DNA of 61,066 nucleotides from positions 1 through 61,066 of the forward strand of contig JAHAZM010000022.1 of assembly GCA_018385275.1 (NCBI GenBank), read 5' to 3'. This document shows, one piece after another, positions 11,596 through 19,963 of this stretch (positions within the stretch are counted from its first letter, which is position 1; the number at the start of each line of letters is the position of its first letter). This DNA is from Eubacteriales bacterium (GTDB taxonomy: Bacteria; Bacillota; Clostridia; Christensenellales; MB2-83). The translations under genes and the position numbers were made by a program. The notes beneath the pieces are model-generated. The model was not told the origin of the DNA, made no database searches, and saw only the letters and a program-made list of their open reading frames with translations.

Positions 11596-13638
11596 TCAAT
11601 CGGCGGATTCGTTTATTTTGACGGCGAATTTATCTCCGATGCGCAGCCGTCCGTTTTCCTCCGCGTTGAAGAAATACCAGCAGATCTGCTGCATGTTCGC
11701 AAAATCGGCTTTCTCGACTTCGGTGTTTTCCGCCAGCGCCTGCCACGGGCCGCTCAGGGGCATAAGGAGCCATCCGTCGAAGTGAGCGGGCACGTTGAAG
11801 GTATAAGAGCCGGAGCAATCGATTTCGCCGCCGCCGAGAGAAAGCAGGCGATAAGCCATACTGCCGACGCTGCGGCTGACGCCGTCGGAGCAGACCATGT
11901 CAAAGCGGGGCGTGCAGGAGCAGGAGACGTCGCAGGGGTTCTGCAGGCGAACGGCAATGGCGTCGGCGCCGTCAATGCGCCAGTCCGCCGCGGCGCCGTT
12001 ATTGCGGCAGCCGACGGCGTCCACGAGAACGGGGATGCCCGTCCCGGAGAAAACCAGATCGAGGTATTTTTCTTCGCCCTCCGTGGTCAGGGAGCAGGTG
12101 CTGCCGGTGTCGGTGAAAAGGAACAGATTGAACAGGTAGCCGGTTTCGGCGGAGGTGTCGGCCAGGGACGCCGTATCGGAGAATTCCGCCATATTGCTGA
12201 GCCGGCTGACGGAGGAGAAGGAAAGAGTCGTTTCGTCGGCCTTCGACAGGAAGATGACTTGCGAGCAGGCGCCGATGGTGACGGTGCGGTTCAGCTGCGG
12301 GTCACGCATCACGCGATCGTCGCCGATGAAAATATAGTACGCGAAGACGCCTTCCGGAAGCGTACAACTGACGGTGTGATTTGCTTCGTCGATGACGCAG
12401 TCCATCGATTTCCAGGCTTCCTTGAGCTGCAGACCGGAGGTATAGATCAGATCGGAAGTGCGATACCGGCAGACGGCTTTTGTAATGGGACGCACGGACG
12501 AGTAGGTCAGGGTCGGCGAAGCTCCCTCGGGCTGGACGACGACCGCGGGAACGGGATCCGTATCGCCGATGCCCAGCACGCTCTTGGCGAAGACGAAGAA
12601 TTCGGGATGCGCCCAGTTATGCCCGTGCCCGTAGGTGCCGTCAAAGTAGAGCGTACTGCCGGGCGTGGCTTCGTGGGATCTGGACAGAGCGTCCGCGCTG
12701 AAATGAGCGTCGTTGTCGCCGGAGATCCAGAGTACGGGGCAATTGACATTGGCAAAATTGAGCTCGGGTCCCCAGAGCTGCCAGACTTTCGGGTCGAAAT
12801 GGCTGAAATTGGCGTGCGAGTCGGTCAGATAGCCGCAGCCGTACAGCGGGATCGCGAAGGCGTAGCGATTGTCCAGACCGATGGCGATGCTGGTGATCAG
12901 CCCGCCCCAGGAAAGCCCTGCCAGTCCGACGCGGTCGGCGTCGACCTCGGGCTGCGAGCGTAGTAGCGTATTGGCGATCATGGTCTGGCTGATACAGTGG
13001 TACATCCACTGTTTCTCCATTTTTACATTGATGTCGCCGAGACTGCTGAATTTGATCTTGCACTTATCGGAAGGCGTGTGGGAGGTACTGTCCGGAGAGA
13101 CGGGGACGTCGCCGTTCCAGTCGAAGGAAATGGCGGCGAAGCCCTGATCCATCCAGTAACGGCACCAGGAGGCCGAAGCGGTGCCCCCGCCGCCGTGGAC
13201 CAGAACGACGGCCGGACAGGGGTTTTCGGCGGAGGCGCCTGCCGGGATCCCCATATAAGCAAAAGCATACTGCGCTTTGTTTCCGTAATCCTCGATGCGG
13301 TAATACAGGGCTTTACAGCCGCGGGCGTCCATCTCCGGTACCCAGATGACCTCGGGGACCTTAAGGACGTTTTCGCCGTAGGGACGGACGGTCTGCGCGT
13401 AGGGAGGCAGCTGGCTCAGATCGGGCTCGGGCGTCGGCGTGGGAACAGGCGTCGGTGTGGGAGCAGGCGTCGGCTCAGCCGTTGGCTCAGACGTCGGTTC
13501 CGGCTCGGCTGTCGGCGCAGGAGTCGGTTCGGCCGTGGGCTCGGCCGTGGGTTCGGCTGTCGGAGAGGGCAGCGTACACCCGGTCAAAGCGAAAGAGAAT
13601 AAAAGAATCATCGCGCACAGTTTTGTAAGACGTTTCAT
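11596..13638 (-). CDS. Secreted lipoprotein: alpha/beta-hydrolase (esterase, acetyl-xylan-esterase/dienelactone-hydrolase-like) with an N-terminal PT/EP linker and a C-terminal region of about 300 aa of unknown function
   Basis: Start chosen at MKRLTKLCAMILLFSFALTGC (lipobox LTGC), with GGGAGG 7 nt upstream. HGGGG oxyanion-like motif, nucleophile elbow GLSWGG, then GDNDAHF and GHGH. Confidence 0.8.
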   Translation of the reverse strand: MKRLTKLCAMILLFSFALTGCTLPSPTAEPTAEPTAEPTPAPTAEPEPTSEPTAEPTPAPTPTPVPTPTPEPDLSQLPPYAQTVRPYGENVLKVPEVIWVPEMDARGCKALYYRIEDYGNKAQYAFAYMGIPAGASAENPCPAVVLVHGGGGTASASWCRYWMDQGFAAISFDWNGDVPVSPDSTSHTPSDKCKIKFSSLGDINVKMEKQWMYHCISQTMIANTLLRSQPEVDADRVGLAGLSWGGLITSIAIGLDNRYAFAIPLYGCGYLTDSHANFSHFDPKVWQLWGPELNFANVNCPVLWISGDNDAHFSADALSRSHEATPGSTLYFDGTYGHGHNWAHPEFFVFAKSVLGIGDTDPVPAVVVQPEGASPTLTYSSVRPITKAVCRYRTSDLIYTSGLQLKEAWKSMDCVIDEANHTVSCTLPEGVFAYYIFIGDDRVMRDPQLNRTVTIGACSQVIFLSKADETTLSFSSVSRLSNMAEFSDTASLADTSAETGYLFNLFLFTDTGSTCSLTTEGEEKYLDLVFSGTGIPVLVDAVGCRNNGAAADWRIDGADAIAVRLQNPCDVSCSCTPRFDMVCSDGVSRSVGSMAYRLLSLGGGEIDCSGSYTFNVPAHFDGWLLMPLSGPWQALAENTEVEKADFANMQQICWYFFNAEENGRLRIGDKFAVKINESAD
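13413..13569 (-). repeat. Imperfect tandem 12-nt repeats encoding an (AEPT)n/PT linker
   Basis: The protein reads PSPTAEPTAEPTAEPTPAPTAEPEPTSEPTAEPTPAPTPTPVPTPTPEP. Confidence 0.8.
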
Positions 13639-13804
13639 AAACATACCTCCCGTGGTTTTATAGGCAAAACCATTATATCTTTTTTTTCGGGACGGAACAA
13701 GACACGAGGGTTTTGCAGTACTGGAGTACAAATTTTATAGAAAATTTCAAATTCTTGACCGCGAGCGCCGCGGACGTGTTATAATAGCGACGGAGGAGAA
13801 GACC

Positions 13805-15223
13805 ATGAAAGAGTATGCTTTCCGTTATATTCGTTGTTTTAGCCGCTGCCGCCTTTCGGGGAAGGAAGCGACGGCGCTGATGAAGAAGTATGAAGCAGAT
13901 TACCGGATCGTGGTGATGCTTTCCCGGGAGGCGGCCGTGCGGATCGACGAAAAACAAGAAACGCTCCGGGAGCGTGTGGCCGTTCTGTTGCCGAAGGGAG
14001 CGCCTGCTGTTTTTTCGGAGGAGGGAAAAAGCCAGCTTCTGTTTTTCTTCCTTGCTTTTGAGCTGACAGACGGTTTCTGCGGGATGGATGAGGCGGAATT
14101 GCAGACGATCCGGGACAATATCGGAGGCATCATGTTCGACCGGATCGAGTGTACGCCGTCCATGCAGAAGCACTTGGAACAAGCTTGCCATCCGGGGCAA
14201 TTGCTTATGGAGAGTTTGGTCATACGATGCGAACTGTCACTGTTTTTCGCAGAATTTTTTACTAGGACCATGTATTATATGTTGCGTGGCATTGCGCCGG
14301 CGGATTACGGCGCCGACGCTTTCAAACTGTATCTTGAAACCGAGGAGGAGTTAACGCTGATAATCCGCCTGGATTTTTTGGACGGAAAAGGCGGTGCTTT
14401 TGGTGTATTCTCGGCCGATTCATATTTGCTGACACGCGCAGGAGAACGTCTGACCGTCGGCGACAAAGGACATATCATGATCTTGCCGCCGCAATTCCGG
14501 GGCTTTTTGGTCCTGCCGCTGCGAGGACGCATGGTGATGGAGGGCGGCGTGGTGGTCGAAGGCTCGACGCTGACATACGAGGAAATGAGGGACATGGTCT
14601 GGTATCCGCTCGTGAAGGAAGGGCCATGCCGGTTTGCTTTCGGCAGCGTTAGTCTGGCCCGGGCAGATTCCGGAGAAACGATACGGCGGCTTTCGTCGCC
14701 ATGGTGCGGAAGTGAAACGGAGGAAGAACGGATCGACGAGCGGGAGTATGGAAGAATCTTCAACAGTCGTTCCGCGGGTGAAGAAGTGGAAACGCTGTTT
14801 TCCAATGGATTAATCCATGTAAGACGGGAACAGCCGGTTCGGGGTATGCTGTGTTCGGTCATCGGAATCAAAAAGGACTTCATCACACAACACAGCGAAG
14901 ATATCAAAGAGGCGATCCGGTATATACGCGATCATCTATCTGAAAATATATCCATGAAAGAACTGGCGCGCGTGGCCATTCTGTCGGAGTCCCGATTTAA
15001 GGTCAAATTCCGCAATCAGATCGGGTTGCCGCCGATGGAGTATATTCGGGAAAAGAAACTGGAAGCGGCGGAAAGACTGCTTCGCGACGGAGCGCGGGTG
15101 TCGGAGGCGGCGGCGTTTACGGGTTTTGCTTCAGACAGTTATTTTTCAAAGGTTTTCAAAAAATCCCGAGGAATGTGTCCGAGGAAATATGCGGATTATT
15201 ATCTTAAGAATAAACATTCCTGA
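13805..15223 (+). CDS. AraC/XylS-family transcriptional regulator with a large (about 360 aa) uncharacterised N-terminal region
   Basis: 472 aa. GGAGGAG SD. C-terminal double HTH: ISMKELARVAILSESRFKVKFRNQIGLPPMEYIREKKLEAAERLL...SDSYFSKVFKK. Confidence 0.85.
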   Translation: MKEYAFRYIRCFSRCRLSGKEATALMKKYEADYRIVVMLSREAAVRIDEKQETLRERVAVLLPKGAPAVFSEEGKSQLLFFFLAFELTDGFCGMDEAELQTIRDNIGGIMFDRIECTPSMQKHLEQACHPGQLLMESLVIRCELSLFFAEFFTRTMYYMLRGIAPADYGADAFKLYLETEEELTLIIRLDFLDGKGGAFGVFSADSYLLTRAGERLTVGDKGHIMILPPQFRGFLVLPLRGRMVMEGGVVVEGSTLTYEEMRDMVWYPLVKEGPCRFAFGSVSLARADSGETIRRLSSPWCGSETEEERIDEREYGRIFNSRSAGEEVETLFSNGLIHVRREQPVRGMLCSVIGIKKDFITQHSEDIKEAIRYIRDHLSENISMKELARVAILSESRFKVKFRNQIGLPPMEYIREKKLEAAERLLRDGARVSEAAAFTGFASDSYFSKVFKKSRGMCPRKYADYYLKNKHS

Positions 15224-15246
15224 CTGGAAACGGGTCTTTGATATGA
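15215..15246 (+). repeat. Copy A of a 32-bp imperfect direct repeat
   Basis: cattcctgactggaaacgggtctttgatatga compared with copy B: 24 of 32 positions identical by my count. Confidence 0.6.
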
Positions 15247-15324
15247 CAGCTTTTCTATAAAGACCCTTGGAAATCCGGAAGAGTTTCTCTTATGAAATTT
15301 GCAAGAAATCGGTTGAAAAACATA

Positions 15325-15356
15325 CATTTCCGCTTGCAAACGGGTTTTTGGCATGA
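15325..15356 (+). repeat. Copy B of the 32-bp direct repeat, overlapping the promoter of the second AraC gene
   Basis: catttccgcttgcaaacgggtttttggcatga, located 110 bp downstream of copy A. Confidence 0.6.
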
Positions 15357-15362
15357 TATACT
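15334..15362 (+). promoter_or_regulatory. Sigma-70-type promoter of the AraC2/URO-D operon
   Basis: TTGCAA-17 nt-TATACT, 24 nt upstream of the ATG at 15386. Confidence 0.55.
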
Positions 15363-15385
15363 GAATGTATAAGGAGGCGGGGAGA

Positions 15386-16186
15386 ATGTACATTGACATG
15401 TATATGTCACAATGTAATATCATTGTGGATTCTGCCAAGTTGACCCGCTGCTGGAGCCGGTGGGGCGAGAACGACGTTTCCAACTGCGATAAAATCTATT
15501 TTATCCTGGACGGAGAAGGAACGATCACGATCGACGGAACGGAGTATCATCCTCACGCCGATCAGATCGTGCTGATCCCCAAGGGAAGCCGCGTGATTTC
15601 GTCCAACAATCCGGACAAGCCGTACTATAAGTATTGGTGCCATTTTCATTCGTATCTGATCGACAAGTCGATTTTCAATATCATCAAGATCGCTGCCTGC
15701 TTCACGGTTTCCAATCCGAATCTGATGATTAAACTGTTCAATACGCTGGTGCTGAATTTTGAGTCCGAGAAGCCGTACAGCAAACTGGTGGCCCGGGCGG
15801 CGCTGATGCAGATCATCGCGCAGGTTTTCAAAGAAAGCGGCAGCGACAGCGCCCAGCTTGCCAGCGAGTTCCCGGTGGACGCGCTGGAACGGATCAATAC
15901 CTACGTCTGGGAAAACATTTCGCGCCATATCACCCTGGACGAACTGGCCGACGTGCTGCATTTCCATCCGAACTATTTTATTAAATTCTTCAATAAGTAT
16001 TTCGGGGTGTCGCCTTTGCAATACGTTTCGCAGGTGCGGATCGAAGAAGCCAAGCAGATGCTGCGCGTCAGCGATCTGAGCATCAAGGAGATCGCGGTGC
16101 GGACGGGCTTCTATGATCTGTACCATTTTTCCAAACGGTTCAAAAAGATGACCGGATATTCGCCGACCGACTACAGGAGACTGTAA
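15386..16186 (+). CDS. AraC-family regulator with an N-terminal cupin (AraC-type ligand-binding) domain
   Basis: Start at the ATG at 15386, preceded by AAGGAGG. C-terminal HTH: ITLDELADVLHFHPNYFIKFFNKYFGVSPLQYV...IKEIAVRTGFYDLYHFSKRFKK. Confidence 0.85.
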   Translation: MYIDMYMSQCNIIVDSAKLTRCWSRWGENDVSNCDKIYFILDGEGTITIDGTEYHPHADQIVLIPKGSRVISSNNPDKPYYKYWCHFHSYLIDKSIFNIIKIAACFTVSNPNLMIKLFNTLVLNFESEKPYSKLVARAALMQIIAQVFKESGSDSAQLASEFPVDALERINTYVWENISRHITLDELADVLHFHPNYFIKFFNKYFGVSPLQYVSQVRIEEAKQMLRVSDLSIKEIAVRTGFYDLYHFSKRFKKMTGYSPTDYRRL

Positions 16187-16187
16187 G

Positions 16188-17135
16188 ATGAACCGAAAAG
16201 AACGCTTGCTCAACGCAATTGATTTCAAGCCCGTAGACCGTCCGCCGCACGCGGAGCTGATCTTCGATCTGGCGGAGGAGGCTTTCGGGCTCCGTTATCC
16301 GTCGGAGCAGGAAATGGCCGCCGCTTCTCCGGCCGAACTGGAGAAAATGCTGCATACCTGTTGCGAGATCTACGCGCGCACCGTGGAGGAGTTCGGCTGG
16401 GATTTCGTGCTGGACTGGAAACCCGCGGCGCGCAACGACATCCAGTATCGCTTTATCCGTCTGCTGAAAGAATACCTGCCTGCGGACGTGCCGGTGGGGA
16501 GTTACGTCTGGGACAGCGTGATCTGCATCGATACGATCAAGGATTATATGCAGTTCAGCGTCGACGCCGTGGACGATCCGCAGAAACTGCTCGACTGGGC
16601 CGAAGATATGAAACGGCGGGCGCTCATTCACGTCGATAAACTGACTGAGGCGGGCTGCGACATCATCTGCGTGGCCAGCGATATGGCTTTCAACGCCGGC
16701 CCGTTCCTTTCACCGAGGATGTTCGACCGGTTCACGCGGCCGTTCCTGGCGGAGATCGTCGCGCGGGTCAATGAAAACGGGCCGATCTCCATCCTGCACA
16801 GCGACGGGATGCTGATGCCGATTTTCGACCGGCTGCTGGATATGAAGCCGCGCGTCATCCAGTCCATCGATCCCATGGCGGGAATGGATATCGCCGCGGT
16901 GCGGAAACAGACCTACGGCAGGGTGGCGCTTATGGGCAACGTCCGGTGCAGCTATCTTCAGGACGGTCCGGCCGAACTGATCGTGTCCTCGGCCAAAAAC
17001 GCGATCGACGCCTGCACGAACGGTTATGACGGCGGCTACATCTTCAGCACGTCCAATTCGATTTTCGCCGGACTGCCGTTGGAAAATTACCGCGTCATGC
17101 TGGATTATTTCCACCGGCGTTTTCCTCAAACCTGA
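16188..17135 (+). CDS. Uroporphyrinogen decarboxylase (URO-D) family protein (MtaA/CmuA-like fold), function unknown
   Basis: 315 aa. The N-terminus MNRKERLLNAIDFKPVDRPP is typical of the URO-D family. Starts 1 nt after the AraC2 stop codon. Confidence 0.7.
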   Translation: MNRKERLLNAIDFKPVDRPPHAELIFDLAEEAFGLRYPSEQEMAAASPAELEKMLHTCCEIYARTVEEFGWDFVLDWKPAARNDIQYRFIRLLKEYLPADVPVGSYVWDSVICIDTIKDYMQFSVDAVDDPQKLLDWAEDMKRRALIHVDKLTEAGCDIICVASDMAFNAGPFLSPRMFDRFTRPFLAEIVARVNENGPISILHSDGMLMPIFDRLLDMKPRVIQSIDPMAGMDIAAVRKQTYGRVALMGNVRCSYLQDGPAELIVSSAKNAIDACTNGYDGGYIFSTSNSIFAGLPLENYRVMLDYFHRRFPQT

Positions 17136-17138
17136 CGC

Positions 17139-17167
17139 TTGACACGGCGCCGGACCGATGATATAAT
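17139..17167 (+). promoter_or_regulatory. Consensus sigma-70 promoter
   Basis: TTGACA-17 nt-TATAAT. Confidence 0.7.
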
Positions 17168-17176
17168 GATTTTACT

Positions 17177-17303
17177 CACATAGGGGAGTAGTTTGCATGC
17201 GAAAGCGTGTTTCAAGTCAACATCACTGCTTTGATGAAAAGTCTGGCTTGAATGAAAGAACAAGACCTGTGTATGGCTTTCTTTGCTGTACACGGGTTTT
17301 TTT
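17177..17303 (+). promoter_or_regulatory. Candidate yybP-ykoY (Mn2+) riboswitch with an expression-platform terminator
   Basis: GGGGAGTAG at 17183-17191 and AGACC at 17263-17267. P1 ACATAGG/CCTGTGT. The same CCTGTGTA (17266-17273) pairs with TACACGGG (17289-17296), followed by a run of 7 T. Confidence 0.7.
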
Positions 17304-17323
17304 ATGAAAAGGAGAAATGTGCG

Positions 17324-19960
17324 GTGGATTACTACGGCAACGATCTGACGGAGGTTCTCCGGGAACTGGAAACGACCGAGCAGGGGCTTACAGAAGAAGA
17401 AGCCGCCCGACGGTTGGAGCGGAACGGCCGGAACAAGCTGGCGGAAGCGAAAAAAGAGAGCCTGTTCATGCGCTTTCTCAAGCAGCTGGCCGATCCCATG
17501 ATTATCATTCTGCTCGTGGCGGCGGCGGTTTCCGGCGTCACGGCGGCGTATCAGAACGAGAGCTTTGCCGACGTGTTCATCATTCTTTTCGTGGTGCTGC
17601 TCAACGCCGTGCTCGGCGTTTATCAGGAGAGCAAAGCCGAAAAGGCGATCGAGGCGCTGAAGGAGATGTCCGCCGCGACCAGCAAAGTGATGCGCGACGG
17701 CCGGATCCAGGTCGTTCACAGCGAAGAGCTTGTCGTCGGAGACGTGGTGATTCTGGAAGCGGGCGACGCGGTGCCGGCCGACGGGCGGCTCATCGAGGCG
17801 GCCAGCCTGAAGATTGAAGAAGCCGCTTTGACCGGCGAGAGCGTTCCGGCGCAGAAAACGAGTCAGACCATCGACGGCGGCAAGGTATCGCTCGGCGATC
17901 GGAAAAACATGGTTTATATGGGCTGCACGGTGGTTTACGGGCGCGGCAAAGCGGTCGTCACCGGCACCGGTATGGATACGGAAATGGGCCGGATCGCCAA
18001 GGCGCTGACGACGGCGGAGGAAGGACAGACGCCGCTGCAGAAGAAACTGGCGCAGCTGAGCAAGATTCTGACGTATCTGGTCATCGGGATCTGCGTGTTC
18101 ATTTTCGCTTTCGGCGTGATCCGCTCGGGGAATTTCTCTTTTGACGGGCTGATCAATACGTTCATGGTGGCCGTCAGTCTGGCGGTCGCGGCCATTCCCG
18201 AGGGGTTGGCCATGGTCGTCACGATCGTGCTTTCCATCGGCGTGACCAACATGTCGAAGCGCAACGCCGTGATACGCCGCCTGACCGCGGTGGAAACGCT
18301 GGGCTGCGCGCAGATCATTTGCTCGGACAAGACCGGCACGCTGACGCAGAACAAGATGACCGTCGTGGAAACGGCCGGCGACGAGGAAAGATTGATCGCC
18401 CGGGCCATGGCGCTGTGCAGCGACGCCGAGCTGGAAGACGGGCAGGCCACGGGCGAACCGACGGAATGCGCGCTGGTCAATTTCGCGCATAAGCTGGGAC
18501 TGGATAAAAATGATTTGAAGCGTGAGTTCCCGCGCGTCGGAGAAGCGCCTTTCGACAGCATGCGCAAGATGATGAGCACGGTCCACGCCGACGGAAATTG
18601 CTTCGTGCAGTTTACCAAGGGCGCGCCCGACGAGGTCGTCAAACGCTGCGCGTATTATTTGGATCAGGATAAGATCCTGCCGATGACGGACGAAAAGAAA
18701 GCGCAGATCCTGGCGGAGAACAAGGCGATGGCCGACCGCGCTCTGCGCGTGCTTTGCGCGGCGATGCGGATGTACGAGACGGCGCCGGCGTCTTTCGAAG
18801 CGGAAGCGCTGGAGAGGGACCTGGTCTATATCGGCCTGACGGGTATGATCGATCCGGTTCGTCCGGAGGCGATCGAAGCGGTCAAAGAATGCAAGACGGC
18901 CGGGATCCGCGTGGTCATGATTACGGGCGATCATCGCGACACGGCGGTAGCCATCGCCAAACAGCTTGCCATCATCGACGACGAGGCGCAGGCCGTGACC
19001 GGAGCCCAGCTCGACGGGATGTCGGACGAAGAGCTGGACAGCCGGATCGAACAGCTTCGCGTCTACGCGCGTGTGCAGCCGGAGCATAAGGTGCGGATCG
19101 TCAACGCCTGGCGCCGCCGCGGCTATATCACGGCCATGACGGGCGACGGCGTTAACGACGCGCCCAGCATCAAAAACGCCGATATCGGCGTGGGCATGGG
19201 CATCACAGGTACCGACGTGACGAAAAACGTCGCGGATATGGTGCTGGCGGACGATAATTTCGCCACCATCGTCAACGCCGCGGAAGAAGGCCGCCGCATC
19301 TACGACAATATCCGCAAGACGATCCAGTTCCTGCTGGCTTCCAACATGAGCGAGGTCATCAGCGTGTTTGCCGCGACGCTGCTCGGTTTCACGATCCTGA
19401 GGCCGGTGCATCTGCTGTGGATCAATCTGATCACGGACGCTTTCCCGGCCCTGGCGCTGGGATTGGAAAAAGCGGAAGAAGATCTGATGAAGCGTCCGCC
19501 GCGTTCTTCCAAAGACGGGATTTTTTCCGGCGGCATGGGCGTCGATATCTTCTATCAGGGCACCCTCGTCACCTTGCTGACGCTGGCGGCTTATTTCATC
19601 GGACACTTCATGGAGAACGGCGTTTGGGAGATCGCGAACAGTCCCGACGGCATGACGATGGCTTTCATCACCATGAGCATGGCCGAGATCTTCCATGCTT
19701 TCAATATGCGCAGTCAGCGCGGCAGCGTTTTCCGGCTCAAGTCGCAGAACGCGGTGCTCTGGCTCTCAATGCTGATGAGCCTGATCCTGACCAGCGTGGT
19801 CATCTACGTCCCGTTCATGAAAGAAGCGTTCGGTTTTGAAGAGATCAGTCTTGCCGAATACGCCGTCGCGATGGGACTGGCGGTGCTGGTCATTCCCATC
19901 GTGGAGCTGGTTAAACTCGTGCAGCGTATTTTAAGAAAGAAAAAGCAGAGGAGGGGTTGA
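17324..19960 (+). CDS. P2-type (SERCA/PMR1-like) cation-transporting P-type ATPase, predicted Ca2+/Mn2+ exporter
   Basis: DKTGTLT, TGDGVNDAP, TM4 IPEGL and TM6 NLITDAFPALALG. Start reassigned to the GTG at 17324 (GGAG 9 nt upstream), because the tracked ATG at 17252 lies inside the riboswitch and upstream of its terminator. Confidence 0.9.
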   Translation: MDYYGNDLTEVLRELETTEQGLTEEEAARRLERNGRNKLAEAKKESLFMRFLKQLADPMIIILLVAAAVSGVTAAYQNESFADVFIILFVVLLNAVLGVYQESKAEKAIEALKEMSAATSKVMRDGRIQVVHSEELVVGDVVILEAGDAVPADGRLIEAASLKIEEAALTGESVPAQKTSQTIDGGKVSLGDRKNMVYMGCTVVYGRGKAVVTGTGMDTEMGRIAKALTTAEEGQTPLQKKLAQLSKILTYLVIGICVFIFAFGVIRSGNFSFDGLINTFMVAVSLAVAAIPEGLAMVVTIVLSIGVTNMSKRNAVIRRLTAVETLGCAQIICSDKTGTLTQNKMTVVETAGDEERLIARAMALCSDAELEDGQATGEPTECALVNFAHKLGLDKNDLKREFPRVGEAPFDSMRKMMSTVHADGNCFVQFTKGAPDEVVKRCAYYLDQDKILPMTDEKKAQILAENKAMADRALRVLCAAMRMYETAPASFEAEALERDLVYIGLTGMIDPVRPEAIEAVKECKTAGIRVVMITGDHRDTAVAIAKQLAIIDDEAQAVTGAQLDGMSDEELDSRIEQLRVYARVQPEHKVRIVNAWRRRGYITAMTGDGVNDAPSIKNADIGVGMGITGTDVTKNVADMVLADDNFATIVNAAEEGRRIYDNIRKTIQFLLASNMSEVISVFAATLLGFTILRPVHLLWINLITDAFPALALGLEKAEEDLMKRPPRSSKDGIFSGGMGVDIFYQGTLVTLLTLAAYFIGHFMENGVWEIANSPDGMTMAFITMSMAEIFHAFNMRSQRGSVFRLKSQNAVLWLSMLMSLILTSVVIYVPFMKEAFGFEEISLAEYAVAMGLAVLVIPIVELVKLVQRILRKKKQRRG

Positions 19961-19963
19961 TCC

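Noticed and set aside
13413-13569. Short tandem repeats that could be mistaken for a CRISPR or minisatellite array, also seen at 100-225.
   Set aside because: The units are about 12 nt, have no spacers, and lie in frame within secreted-protein genes, encoding (AEPT)n/(PT)n linkers. No cas genes are present in the window.
17252-17323. The tracked ATG start of the P-type ATPase at 17252, which would add MKEQDLCMAFFAVHGFFYEKEKCA.
   Set aside because: The ATG lies inside the predicted riboswitch aptamer and upstream of its intrinsic terminator (17266-17303). The GTG at 17324 follows a GGAG SD, and the protein then begins with the usual N-terminal pattern of these ATPases.
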